In this document: positions 20,413-31,406 of the stretch, in pieces
How positions within the stretch are numbered: the first letter of the stretch is position 1
Layout: each line of letters starts with the position of its first letter
From: an uncultured delta proteobacterium
Lineage (GTDB): Bacteria; Myxococcota_A; Polyangia; Polyangiales; B10-G4
Assembly (NCBI GenBank): GCA_963727445.1
Contig: CAVSGI010000021.1
Span: 544,001-608,000, forward strand
DNA: 64,000 bases
Direction: 5' to 3'
The notes under the pieces: model-generated
What the model was told of the DNA's origin: nothing
The model's database searches: none
The model's input: the letters and a program-made list of their open reading frames with translations, nothing else
Program-made: the position numbers and the translations under genes

Positions 20413-22503
20413 ATGGCGAAGAAGCCCGAAGAGGAAGCCCCGTCGTCGAAAGCCGTCACCACCCCGCAGTCGGGCGGTGGGGTGTTCCAGCGTCCCCCGA
20501 CCACCCAGGAGGAATACGAGGCCTGCCGGCCCCTCGAGATCGCGCCCGAGGCGGTGCTCGAGATGGACGAGGCGACCTGGTACGAAAAGGTGTACCGAGG
20601 TGACGCCGTTCCGCAGCTCACCATACGCGCCGTGTTGATGGGCTCGTTCCTCGGCTTCTTCCTCGCCTTCACCAATCTCTACGTCGGTCTCAAGACGGGG
20701 TGGGGCCTCGGCGTCGCCATCACCGCCTGCATCCTCGCCTACGCCGCTTCGAACGGTCTGGTGAAGCTGCGCCTCGCGAAGACCCCGCTCACGATCCTCG
20801 AGACGAACTGCATGCAGTCGACGGCGTCTTCCGCCGGCTACTCGACGGTCGGCACGTCGGTCTCGGCGATCGCGGCGCTCCTCATCCTCTCGGTGAGCGC
20901 GGAGCATCCCGAAGGGCAGCACCTGCCCTGGCACGTGTTCGCGGGGTGGACGCTCTTCCTCGCCGCCCTCGGCGCGATCATGGCCATCCCGATGAAGCGG
21001 AACATGATCAACCAGGAGCGCCTCAAGTTCCCTTCGGGCACGGCGGCGGCGGTGACGCTCCAGTCGCTCTACTCCCATGGCAAGGAAGCGCTCAAGAAGG
21101 CGAAGGCGCTCCTCTACGCGAGCATCATCGGGATGCTCTTTCCGGCGCTCATCGAGCTGAAGATCCTCCCCGAGACAACGGAGACCGGCGAAGTCCATCG
21201 CACGCCGCTGCTGCCCGCGGACCTGAAGGTCTTCGACTGGCTTCCGGCGCCCGGGACACACGTCACCGAGGACGGCCAAACCGTCTCGTACCTCCCCTCC
21301 GACTGGACGATGGTCTGGGACATGAACCCGGTCATGATCGCCGCCGGCGCGCTGGTCGGCATGCGCACCGCCGTCTACATGCTGTTGGCCGGCATCGTTC
21401 TGGTGTACGGGCTCGGGGGCTTCGCCATCGACGACATGTGGACGGCCCCGGGCGCCGCCGAGGCGATCGGCGCGGTGAGCAAGCCGTGGAAGGCGTGGAA
21501 GGAGATCGGGCTCTGGTTGGGCGTCCCGATCATGCTCTCCGCGGGCCTGCTCAACTTCGGGCTCCAGTGGAAGACCATCGTTCGCGCGCTCAAAGGTCTC
21601 GGGAAGTCTGCCGGCGCGGGCAGCGAGTCCGAGGCGCTGGTCAACGCGACCGAGGTGCCCTTCTCCTGGTTCGGCTGGGGCACCCTCGTCGCCTCCATCG
21701 GCGTCCTCCTCGTGGCGCACGGCTACTTCAACATCCCCTGGTACTACGGCGCGCTCGCCATCGCGGTCACCTTCTTCCTCGCCCTCGTCGCCTGTCGCGC
21801 CACCGGCGAGAGCGACATCACGCCCATCGGCGCCATGGGCAAGATCATGCAGCTCACCTTCGGCGTCCTCATCCCGCAGTCGATGACCGCCAACCTGATG
21901 AGCGCCTCGATCACTGCGAACGTGGCCGCGAGCTCGGCGGATCTGTTGACCGACCTCAAGAGCGGCTATCTCCTCGGCGCCAACCCGCGCCGGCAGTTCA
22001 TCGCGCAGTTCCTGGGTATCTTCTCCGGCACGGTGGCCACCGTCGCCGGCTTCTATCTCCTGGTCCCGAACGCGCTCACCCTCACCGGCGCCGACCTCCC
22101 GGGCGGCGGGCACGTCGCTCCCGAGTTCCCGGCGCCCGCCGCCCAGGCCTGGAAGGCGGTGGCCGAGGTGATGGCCGGCGGCGGTCTCGACGCCATGCAC
22201 CCCACCCATCGTCTCGCGATCTTCTGGGGCCTCGCTCTCGGGGTGGTCATGACGCTCCTCGAGCAGTTCTTCCCGAAGTGGAAGGGATGGCTCCCCTCCG
22301 CGACCGGCATCGGTCTCGGCCTGATCCTGCCCTTCCAGTACCCGCTGTCGATGTTCGTTGGTGCCGTCGCCGCCCTCATCTGGACCCGCCGCTGGAAGAA
22401 GAGCGCCGACGACTATCTGGTTCCGGTCGCCGCTGGCCTCATCGCGGGCATCTCCATCATGGGCGTCCTCGTCGCGGTGCTGAACTCGCTCGTGTTCTCG
22501 TAG
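20413..22503 (+). CDS. OPT family oligopeptide transporter
   Basis: QLTIRA, NLYVGLKTG, ETNCMQSTAS, LKFPSGTA, DLLTDLKSGYLLGANPRRQ and many TM helices. Confidence 0.93.
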   Translation: MAKKPEEEAPSSKAVTTPQSGGGVFQRPPTTQEEYEACRPLEIAPEAVLEMDEATWYEKVYRGDAVPQLTIRAVLMGSFLGFFLAFTNLYVGLKTGWGLGVAITACILAYAASNGLVKLRLAKTPLTILETNCMQSTASSAGYSTVGTSVSAIAALLILSVSAEHPEGQHLPWHVFAGWTLFLAALGAIMAIPMKRNMINQERLKFPSGTAAAVTLQSLYSHGKEALKKAKALLYASIIGMLFPALIELKILPETTETGEVHRTPLLPADLKVFDWLPAPGTHVTEDGQTVSYLPSDWTMVWDMNPVMIAAGALVGMRTAVYMLLAGIVLVYGLGGFAIDDMWTAPGAAEAIGAVSKPWKAWKEIGLWLGVPIMLSAGLLNFGLQWKTIVRALKGLGKSAGAGSESEALVNATEVPFSWFGWGTLVASIGVLLVAHGYFNIPWYYGALAIAVTFFLALVACRATGESDITPIGAMGKIMQLTFGVLIPQSMTANLMSASITANVAASSADLLTDLKSGYLLGANPRRQFIAQFLGIFSGTVATVAGFYLLVPNALTLTGADLPGGGHVAPEFPAPAAQAWKAVAEVMAGGGLDAMHPTHRLAIFWGLALGVVMTLLEQFFPKWKGWLPSATGIGLGLILPFQYPLSMFVGAVAALIWTRRWKKSADDYLVPVAAGLIAGISIMGVLVAVLNSLVFS

Positions 22504-22536
22504 CGAGGATCGGGCGGTACCCTCGAGGGCAGCGCC

Positions 22537-23205
22537 ATGCCCCCCGAGCTCATGTTGCTCATCATCGCCGCCGTGTTGGTGGGCTACTTTCTGTTCTGGT
22601 GGTTCTCCGCCGACCAGGTCGCGAAGCGCCGCCTCGAGAAGGCAAAGGCGGTCTCCATCGCGGATGCGCCCGAAGGTGCCATCGTCAAGGTCACCGGGCG
22701 CTTGGTGTTCGAGGGCGAAGCCGCGCTCGAGGGACCGCTCACGGGTCGCACCTGTGCCGGCTTCACGGTCGTGGTGAAGGAGCGGCGCCAGTCGGGGAAG
22801 AGCTCATACTGGAAGACGGTCCTCGACATCCACGACACCGTCGACTTCGTGGTCGAAGACGAGACGGGGAGGGCGTTGGTGAAGGCCGGCGGTGCGAAGC
22901 TGCTCCTGATCCGCGACGAGCACATCCGTTCGGGCTTCCTCACCGACGCGCCAATTCACGCCGAGGCGCTCCTCCTCGACAACGGCATGAAGAGCGAGAA
23001 CTTCCTCGGCATGAACAAGGCGATGACCTTCGCCGAGGGCGTGCTCGAGCCCGGTGAAGAGGTCGCCATCCTCGGCGTCGGCACCTGGGAGATGGACCCG
23101 GACCCCACCCGGAGCGAGGGCTACCGCGACCGCGCCAAGCGTCTCGTCATCGACATGGCCGACGACGGCACGATGATCATCAGCGACGACCCGTCGACGC
23201 TCTAA
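22537..23205 (+). CDS. Membrane-anchored hypothetical protein (GIDE-like beta domain)
   Basis: N-terminal TM helix; VKVTG..LEGPLTGRTC..FVVEDETG..EGVLEPGEEVAILG pattern. Confidence 0.6.
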   Translation: MPPELMLLIIAAVLVGYFLFWWFSADQVAKRRLEKAKAVSIADAPEGAIVKVTGRLVFEGEAALEGPLTGRTCAGFTVVVKERRQSGKSSYWKTVLDIHDTVDFVVEDETGRALVKAGGAKLLLIRDEHIRSGFLTDAPIHAEALLLDNGMKSENFLGMNKAMTFAEGVLEPGEEVAILGVGTWEMDPDPTRSEGYRDRAKRLVIDMADDGTMIISDDPSTL

Positions 23206-23212
23206 TTAGGGG

Positions 23213-23881
23213 TCAATCGCTGGTGCGCGTGGCATCGGGGCCGAGGCGGGTGCGGTCGAGCACCAAGCCGAGGACCGCTTCGACGTCGTGTTGGCCGGTC
23301 TTTTGGCAGAGCGACGTGAGCTGGGCCGCCACGACGGTCTCGGGCTTGCCCAGGTACAGGTGGAGGAGGTGCCTGCCAACCCAGCGCGCAGCCTCGACCG
23401 TGTCGACCTGAGCCTCGGTGAGCGCGTGCTGTTCGGCGAAGTGCACGAGCAGGTCTCGGAACGGGGTGTCGGTCGCCACGCGCTCGAGAAACGCGCAGAG
23501 CGCTGCGCAGAGCCGGCCCACACCTTCGTTCTTGTGGATGAAGCCCGCGCGCGCCGACGCCGCTCGTTCGGGAAGTTTGCGCTCGTCGGCGGAGGAGAGC
23601 AGGACCGCGCGCATCTCGAAGCCGTCCGCCCGCTCCGCCGCCAGCCACTCGAGGCCGTTGCCATCCGTCAGGTGGAGGTCGAGCACGAGGGCATCGTAGG
23701 ACGCGCGCGCCATCTCGAAGCGCGCGGCCTCGAGCGACGGGGCGCGGTCGAAGCGCGAGGTGTTGCCGAAGCGCTTCGCGATCGCGCGCGAGAACGCCTC
23801 GTCATCGTCCACCATGAGCACGCGAACCGGGATGAAGGCGCGTCGACGCGTACCCGACCTTCGACCGATCCCTTCCCCCAT
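23213..23881 (-). CDS. Response regulator (receiver plus degenerate C-terminal HTH-like region)
   Basis: VLMVDDD, LDLHLTDGNG (phospho-Asp), GFIHK. Start uncertain. Confidence 0.72.
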   Translation of the reverse strand: MGEGIGRRSGTRRRAFIPVRVLMVDDDEAFSRAIAKRFGNTSRFDRAPSLEAARFEMARASYDALVLDLHLTDGNGLEWLAAERADGFEMRAVLLSSADERKLPERAASARAGFIHKNEGVGRLCAALCAFLERVATDTPFRDLLVHFAEQHALTEAQVDTVEAARWVGRHLLHLYLGKPETVVAAQLTSLCQKTGQHDVEAVLGLVLDRTRLGPDATRTSD

Positions 23882-24015
23882 GGCAAGACCAACTTACCGC
23901 CTCGTCGCGCGTTCGGCGACAACGAAGCGGGCAAACGGATCACGAATGGCGGTCGAAACTTCCGCGCTCCGTGAAGTTGAACCCCGCAGGGGTGACAAGG
24001 GGTTCTCCTTGGGCG

Positions 24016-25257
24016 TCAGATCTGCGCGTCGGGAAAGCTGAAGGCGACCTTCACGCAGCCGGTGTTCTTGGACATCGCCGTCTCGAAGGCGTCGCGCCAG
24101 CGCTCGAGGGGGAAGCGATGCGTGACCAGAAAGCCCATGTCGACCTCGCCCGAGGCGCAGAGGTCGAGGTAGTGCTCCATCGCGTGCTTCTCGACGCCGC
24201 GCAGCTCCTCGACGCCGAAAGCGTTGGAGCCGATGACGCGTAGCTCCTTGAAGTAGATGGGCGTCCACTCGAAGCGGCGCGGCGCCTCGACGCCGATGAT
24301 CGAGAGCAGGCCGCGTGGGCGGATCACCCGGACGCCGATCTCGAGGGTCTCGGGAGAGCAGATCGAGTCGTAGACCGCGTCGACGCCGCCAGAGAGCATC
24401 GGGAGCCCCCGCCACGGCTTGCACACCCTCGCGCCGGTGAGCGCGGCGATCTCCGCGATCACGTCCTCGCCTTCGCGCGCGGTGATCACGTGCTCGGCAC
24501 CCAGCTTCTTCGCCGCTTCGACCTGGTGCGGGTAGCGGCCGACCACCAGGATGCGCGCGTCGGGGCGCACCACCCTCACCGCGGCGACCGCGGCGAGGCC
24601 GATGATGCCCGCGCCATAGACGAGGACCGTGGGCGGATCGCCCTCGGGCGGATCCTTCACCACCGCGTGGAAGGACACCGCGAAGGGATTGGCGAGGACG
24701 GCCTGCTCGAAGGTGACCTCCTCGGGCATGGGGAAGACCTGGCTCGCGTGCACCGCGACGCGCGAGGCGTAGGCACCGGGGACGTCCCTGCAGTTGCCGA
24801 GATGCAGCCCCGGCGAGAGGTCGCCCTTGTCGAAGTTCTCGCAGAGCGAGAGGTTGCCCCGCGCGCACTCCGCGCAGACCGGCGAGATGCCGCGCGGCTC
24901 GCAGGGCAGCCAGGGCGAGATCACCACCCGGTCGCCGGGCTTCACGTGCGTGACGGCGCTTCCGACCTCGGCGACCACGCCGGCCGACTCGTGCCCCAGC
25001 ACGTGCGGGAAGGAGATGACCGCGGTGAGCGGGTTGTCGAAGTCGCCCTTGAGCAGCAGCTGCTTCTGATCGCTGCCGCAGATGCCCGTCAGCACCGGCC
25101 GGACGACGACCCATCGGTCGCCGCGGACCCTCGCGTCGGGGATCTCGTCGAGGCTCACCGGCGCGAAGCGCCCCGTGTACGCCTGCGGCGAAAAAGCGCC
25201 GAGCACGCGGGTCAGGGCGATCCGCGGCAGGCTGAGATGGAATTGCAGCGCCTTCAT
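24016..25257 (-). CDS. Zinc-binding dehydrogenase (MDR family)
   Basis: GICGSD, GHESAG, structural-Zn cysteines, GAGIIG. Confidence 0.92.
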   Translation of the reverse strand: MKALQFHLSLPRIALTRVLGAFSPQAYTGRFAPVSLDEIPDARVRGDRWVVVRPVLTGICGSDQKQLLLKGDFDNPLTAVISFPHVLGHESAGVVAEVGSAVTHVKPGDRVVISPWLPCEPRGISPVCAECARGNLSLCENFDKGDLSPGLHLGNCRDVPGAYASRVAVHASQVFPMPEEVTFEQAVLANPFAVSFHAVVKDPPEGDPPTVLVYGAGIIGLAAVAAVRVVRPDARILVVGRYPHQVEAAKKLGAEHVITAREGEDVIAEIAALTGARVCKPWRGLPMLSGGVDAVYDSICSPETLEIGVRVIRPRGLLSIIGVEAPRRFEWTPIYFKELRVIGSNAFGVEELRGVEKHAMEHYLDLCASGEVDMGFLVTHRFPLERWRDAFETAMSKNTGCVKVAFSFPDAQI

Positions 25258-25320
25258 CGTCCCTCCGAGAGGGCCTAGGACTCGCGCCTCGGACGAGCAC
25301 TGTCAAGGCGATGAGGCGGG

Positions 25321-25970
25321 GTGGTGGGGACGCAGTCCCGGCTCGCGCCACCTCTGCTGCGCACGCCCTGCACGTGGGCTCCGCCCACGTTCCGGCCGCG
25401 CTTCGCTCCGGTGCCCCGAGCCTTGTGGTGGTGGGGACACAGTCCCGGCTCGCGGCACCTCTGCTGCGCACGCCCTGCACGTGGGCTCCGCCCACGTTCC
25501 GGCCGCGCTTCGCTCCGGTGCCGCGAGCCTTGTGGTGGTGGGGACACAGTCCCGGCTCGCGGCACCTCTGCTGCGCACGCCCTGCACGTGGGCTCCGCCC
25601 ACGTTCCGGCCGCGCTTCGCTCCGGTGCCGCGAGCCTTGTGGTGGCGGGGACACAGTCCCGGCTCGCGGCACCTCTGCTGCGCACGCCCTGCACGTGGGC
25701 TCCGCCCACGTTCCGGCCGCGCTTCGCTCCGGTGCCGCGAGCCTTGTGGTGGTGGGGACGCAGTCCCGGCTCGCGGCACCTCTGCTGCGCACGCCCTGCA
25801 CGTGGGCTCCGCCCACGTTCCGGCCGCGCTTCGCTCCGGTGCCCCGAGCCTCGTGGTGGTGGGGACGCAGTCCCGGCTCGCGCCACCTCTGCTGCGCACG
25901 CCCTGCACGTGGGCTCCGCCCACGTTCCGGCCGCGCTTCGCTCCGGTGCCCCGAGCCTCGTGGTGGTGGG
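25321..25970. repeat. Tandem array of six near-identical 107-bp hairpin-rich units (REP/BIME-like)
   Basis: The GGAC anchor A recurs at 25330, 25437, 25544, 25651, 25758 and 25865. Hairpins GGGAC-RCA-GTCCC and ACGTGGGC-TCC-GCCCACGT, plus a 13-bp closing stem. Confidence 0.95.
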
Positions 25971-25972
25971 CC

Positions 25973-27409
<1,437 letters not shown>

Positions 27410-27490
27410 GGACTCCGGCGTCCGAAGCCTACCCGCCCTCGATGTCTGGGGTCAATGGACCTCAGCGCTGCGGTCGAGGTTTTGGACCGC

Positions 27491-28564
27491 TCAAGGAGCG
27501 GCGGTGCCCTGCTGGTCGCCCGGCTCCGGGAGGTCCAGCCCCTGGCCATGGGCGCTGCGGAGCTGGTCTTCACCTTCGCCCTCGCCGGCGGGCTCGGCGG
27601 GCGGGTCGAGGTGGATCGGCGACATCCGCTCCTCGTGGATCTCGGGGTGGTAGCGCTCGCGGAGCTGGCGCACGAGATCTTCGAGGCCCGTCTGCCGGCG
27701 CTCGCGCCACATGCGAAGGCGGATGGTCTGCGACGCCTCTTCGTAGCTGCGGTGCTCTTCGGGGCGGCGGCCCGTCAGCTTGATGACGCTGAACTTCTCA
27801 CCGACCGCGACCGGCTGCGCCGTGACGTCGCCGACCTCGCTGAGCGCGAAGGCCGCAGCGACGATGGCCGGGTCGACCTCGGCGTCCTGGGCGTTGATGC
27901 CCTGTCCCTCGCGGGTGAAGTAGCGGAGGTCACCGCCGCGCAGCTTGGTCTCGGTGTCCACCGAGCGCTCGCGCGCCGCCTGGCGGAAGGCGCGGGCATC
28001 CTGCTCCTGGAGCTCTCCGATCAGCGCGACCGCGGCCTCGCGGGTGTCGAGCAGGATGTGGCTCGCGCGCACCATCTCCGGACGGTGGAACTCGGCGTCG
28101 TGCGAGTCGTAATAGGCGCGCACTTCCTCTTCGGGGATCGTCTCCGGCGTCATCTGCTCGTCGAAGCGCTCGCGGATCATGCGCTGCACCGCGTTCTGCT
28201 TGCGGGTGCGGATCACGGCTTCGTGGTCGCCGTAGCCTTTGCGCTGCGCCTCGGCGGCCATCAGCTCGAAGCGGATCATCTGCTGGACGAACTCCCGCAG
28301 CTTCTGCGGGTCCTGATAGCGCTGGCGGAGGAAGGGGCTCTGGACGTTGATCGAGTCCTCGACCTCGCCGACGGTGATCTCCACGTCGCCGACCTTGGCC
28401 ACCACCTTGGCGCGTCGGGCGCGCTGCTCCGGCGTCAGGTCCTCGTCGCGGGGGACGGCGGAGGGGGTGGCCGTGGGATCGGTGGGCTGCTGCGCCAGGG
28501 CGACAGCCCCGGCAGAGAGGGCGATCGAGCCCAGAAGCAGGCTGGCGAGGAGACCGCGTTGCAT
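27491..28564 (-). CDS. Secreted PpiC/parvulin-type peptidyl-prolyl isomerase
   Basis: Signal peptide, VAKVGDVEIT, VRASHIL, RGGDLRYF. Confidence 0.88.
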   Translation of the reverse strand: MQRGLLASLLLGSIALSAGAVALAQQPTDPTATPSAVPRDEDLTPEQRARRAKVVAKVGDVEITVGEVEDSINVQSPFLRQRYQDPQKLREFVQQMIRFELMAAEAQRKGYGDHEAVIRTRKQNAVQRMIRERFDEQMTPETIPEEEVRAYYDSHDAEFHRPEMVRASHILLDTREAAVALIGELQEQDARAFRQAARERSVDTETKLRGGDLRYFTREGQGINAQDAEVDPAIVAAAFALSEVGDVTAQPVAVGEKFSVIKLTGRRPEEHRSYEEASQTIRLRMWRERRQTGLEDLVRQLRERYHPEIHEERMSPIHLDPPAEPAGEGEGEDQLRSAHGQGLDLPEPGDQQGTAAP

Positions 28565-28607
28565 CGAACGCGTTCTTTCACGGCCGCCCGGGAGGGTCAA
28601 GCGGCGC

Positions 28608-29561
28608 TCAGAAGCCGTAGGCGGCAGAGGCACCCATGAAGAATCCGAGCCCGAAGCCGCCCTCGACACGCATCATCAGCTGCTTGATGGGCTTGAAGCG
28701 CAGGGCCAGGTGGGGGATGGCCAGCCAGGGGACGATGTTGGGGACGTTGCCTCCGTCGGACCACTGCCCTTCGCGGCAGTTGTACTGTTCCGTTCCGTCC
28801 TGACAGAGCTGCATGCGCCGGGAGTCGGGAGTCGCCGCTGGGCCGCAGTAGCCCGGCGGTGCGGACGCGGGATTGCCGGGCCCGGCGCAGGGCGCGTAGC
28901 CACCGTCCGCCGTCGGGTAGGCCTCCGTCCGGTACACGTCTCCGATCACGATCCCCAGGCCGACGCCGACGCCGTACTCGATGGCGAACCAATCGGTGAT
29001 GTCGGTCGACCACAAGAACGTGCCCGAGATGAAGACCGTCCAGAGGTCGGTCACCACGATCTCCGTGTCCTGGAGGGGATCGCCGTTCGCTCGGAACGGG
29101 CCGTTGCCCTCGGGGCGGGCAAGCCAGAGGCTGCCCACGATGTCGAAGCCGTCCTTGCGGTAGGTGAGCTCGGCGCCGAAGGCGGGGAAGTTGGAGCCCG
29201 AGGACAAATCCGTGAAGAGGTTCAAGAGGAACTGTGGGATGAATATCTGGCGATAGAACGCGCCGACGAAGTAGTAGGCCTCGTGCGGATCCTCGAAGGG
29301 ATCGGTGGACGAGCGCCCTTCGTCCCCGGTGCCGTACTCGCTCTCGGTGTCGTGCTGCGCATCCGAGAGCTCGACGCTCTGGGCGGCTTCTTCGGGCGAA
29401 GCGATCCCATCGCCGTTCTCGGCGCCCTCGGTGCCATCCCCAGACCCGCTGTCGTAGCTCGAGTCGTCCGGCGGCGCTTCGTCGTCGTATTGCGCCGCTG
29501 CGCTCCCGGCGGAGACGAGCAGCGTCACAACCGAAAGCAGAAGTGAAAATCGCGAAAGCAT
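28608..29561 (-). CDS. Putative outer-membrane beta-barrel protein
   Basis: Signal peptide, acidic N-terminus, amphipathic strands, terminal AYGF beta-signal, loop with four Cys. Confidence 0.65.
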   Translation of the reverse strand: MLSRFSLLLSVVTLLVSAGSAAAQYDDEAPPDDSSYDSGSGDGTEGAENGDGIASPEEAAQSVELSDAQHDTESEYGTGDEGRSSTDPFEDPHEAYYFVGAFYRQIFIPQFLLNLFTDLSSGSNFPAFGAELTYRKDGFDIVGSLWLARPEGNGPFRANGDPLQDTEIVVTDLWTVFISGTFLWSTDITDWFAIEYGVGVGLGIVIGDVYRTEAYPTADGGYAPCAGPGNPASAPPGYCGPAATPDSRRMQLCQDGTEQYNCREGQWSDGGNVPNIVPWLAIPHLALRFKPIKQLMMRVEGGFGLGFFMGASAAYGF

Positions 29562-29603
29562 GGCCGCACCCTCCCGTGAAGCGCGGCCAGGATAGCGGTC
29601 CGA

Positions 29604-30362
29604 TCAGGCGACGTCGACCTCGACCTCGTGCTCGGTGGTGAGCGCGTCCTCGAGGCCCAGGGCGGCCCGGGTCCGGACGAAGCTGCTCTCCCGCACCCAC
29701 TGGGCGAAGTGGTCGAGATCGTCGAGGTCCTCGTCCCAGAAGTAGATCCGATCGAGGACCTCCGCGCCGTCGCGATCCACGGCGAGATAGGCGTTGACCC
29801 CGTCCTCTGAGGCCACCGGCAGGAGGCGGACGGGCTCGCCGTAGAACTTGAGGAGCTTGTTCACGGCCACCACCAGGGCGTCCACCGTGACGACGCGGCG
29901 GGTCCAGCCAGGGGCAATCTGCTCCACGTCGACGTCGAGGGGCTCGACCTCGATGAAGGCGCCCGTGGTGCGGATGACGAGGCGCTTTTCGTTCTTGCGG
30001 GTCTCCTCCACCAAAGTCAGGGGCCCCAGCTCCGGCAGGAGCTGGCGGAGGCGGGCGACCAGGCGTCGCGCGGTCAGGCCCTCGTCCTCGCGAAAGACGA
30101 GGAATCGGCCCTCGTCCCGCTGCCCACGGGCCTCGGTGCTGAAGTAACCGTCCAGCAGATTGACGATGGCGCGGGGGGTGGGGAGCAGGCGCGCGGCCGG
30201 GCCGAGACGGGGGTGGAGGGAGCGGGTGAGCAGGCCCGGGGCGACGCCAGCGCCGCGGAGCGCCGCGCGCAGTTGCTGCCAGCCCACGTGAAGGGGACCG
30301 TCTTTTTGGGGATTCAGCTCTCGGAGGGGCGGGAGGAGGCTCAGGTGGCGCGTCTTCGTCAT
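29604..30362 (-). CDS. Hypothetical protein
   Basis: Plausible codon usage and composition; no motif recognised. Start at 30362 or 30395. Confidence 0.6.
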   Translation of the reverse strand: MTKTRHLSLLPPLRELNPQKDGPLHVGWQQLRAALRGAGVAPGLLTRSLHPRLGPAARLLPTPRAIVNLLDGYFSTEARGQRDEGRFLVFREDEGLTARRLVARLRQLLPELGPLTLVEETRKNEKRLVIRTTGAFIEVEPLDVDVEQIAPGWTRRVVTVDALVVAVNKLLKFYGEPVRLLPVASEDGVNAYLAVDRDGAEVLDRIYFWDEDLDDLDHFAQWVRESSFVRTRAALGLEDALTTEHEVEVDVA

Positions 30363-30514
30363 CTCGCTGGGGATATGTGCAAGCACCGTGCACACCCCTC
30401 GGACACGAAGAATCCTTATCGAATCCGGTCGCAGGCTGGAGCCCTCCGTGCTCTAAGAGCCACGATCGCTCCTGAAGTGGGGCGCTCCGTACTCACACCC
30501 ACGCGAACGCGCGT

Positions 30515-31393
30515 TCACGATTCGACGTCGGCGAAGAAGGCGACCATCGCCTCGGTGAGGGCGTTGGGAGCGAACCAGTGGATCATGTGGCCCACCCCGT
30601 CGAGCTCGACGAAGCGGTGATCCTGGATCTCGCCGGCGCGCTCTCGCTCGCCCTCGACCCGAAAGCCGTGGCTACCCCCCACGAGGAGCGTGGGCGCCGT
30701 GATCCGGCTGAGGAACGCCCGATACGAAGAGAGGCGAAAGGGGACAGGGGCGGTCGTGCGGTGGAGGGGATCGAAACGGAAGACCCGCCCTTCACCGTCG
30801 TCGGCGGGTTTCGTGCCCTTCTCGGCCAGGAACATGCCCCACGCGTCGTCGAGCTCGGGGTTCTGGACCCGCATGCGGGTGACCGCCTCCTCGAGGCTCT
30901 CCATCCGCTTCGGGGGGCGGTTGCGCATCTTGTCGACGCCGCGGATCCAGGCGCCGAAGCAATCGGGCGTGAAAGCGGCCGGATGGGCCGGGGGCCCGAT
31001 GCCCTCGATCAGCGTCAGGGTGCGGATGGCATCGGGCAGGGTGCCGGCGAAGAGGGAGCAGGCCGTGCCCCCCATCGAGTGGCCCACCAGGTGCGGGGGC
31101 GCATCGAAGAGGGCTTTGACGATCTCCGATAGGTCGAGGACGTAGTCCGGGAAGTGGTAGTAGCCACCAGCGCCGACCCATTCGCTCTCGCCGTGGCCGC
31201 GCCAATCGAAGGCGACGGCGACGTAGCCCGCGTCGGCCAGGCGGCGCGCCACGCGATCCCAGCCCCAGGCGAGGTCGAGGAAGCCGTGACAGAGAAGGAC
31301 CTGGGGGCCATCCCCTTCGCCCCAGGTGATCACGTGATGTTCGAGCCCGTTCGCGCGGACCGTCCGCGACCTCGGCTCGGCGTCCATGGTCAA
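30515..31393 (-). CDS. Alpha/beta hydrolase
   Basis: LCHGFLD, DWRGHGES, GHSMGG, VGHMIH. Confidence 0.92.
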   Translation of the reverse strand: MTMDAEPRSRTVRANGLEHHVITWGEGDGPQVLLCHGFLDLAWGWDRVARRLADAGYVAVAFDWRGHGESEWVGAGGYYHFPDYVLDLSEIVKALFDAPPHLVGHSMGGTACSLFAGTLPDAIRTLTLIEGIGPPAHPAAFTPDCFGAWIRGVDKMRNRPPKRMESLEEAVTRMRVQNPELDDAWGMFLAEKGTKPADDGEGRVFRFDPLHRTTAPVPFRLSSYRAFLSRITAPTLLVGGSHGFRVEGERERAGEIQDHRFVELDGVGHMIHWFAPNALTEAMVAFFADVES

Positions 31394-31406
31394 GGCTCCC
31401 GCAGCC

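Noticed and set aside
25321..25970. CRISPR array, or coding ORFs across the 107-bp repeats
   Set aside because: No unique spacers and no cas genes. The period is not a multiple of 3, and the ORFs simply cycle through frames of stop-poor GC-rich repeat.
30378..30393. Sigma-54-like motif GTGCACGGTGCTTGCA on the minus strand upstream of 30362
   Set aside because: The invariant GG is TG here, so it is not called.
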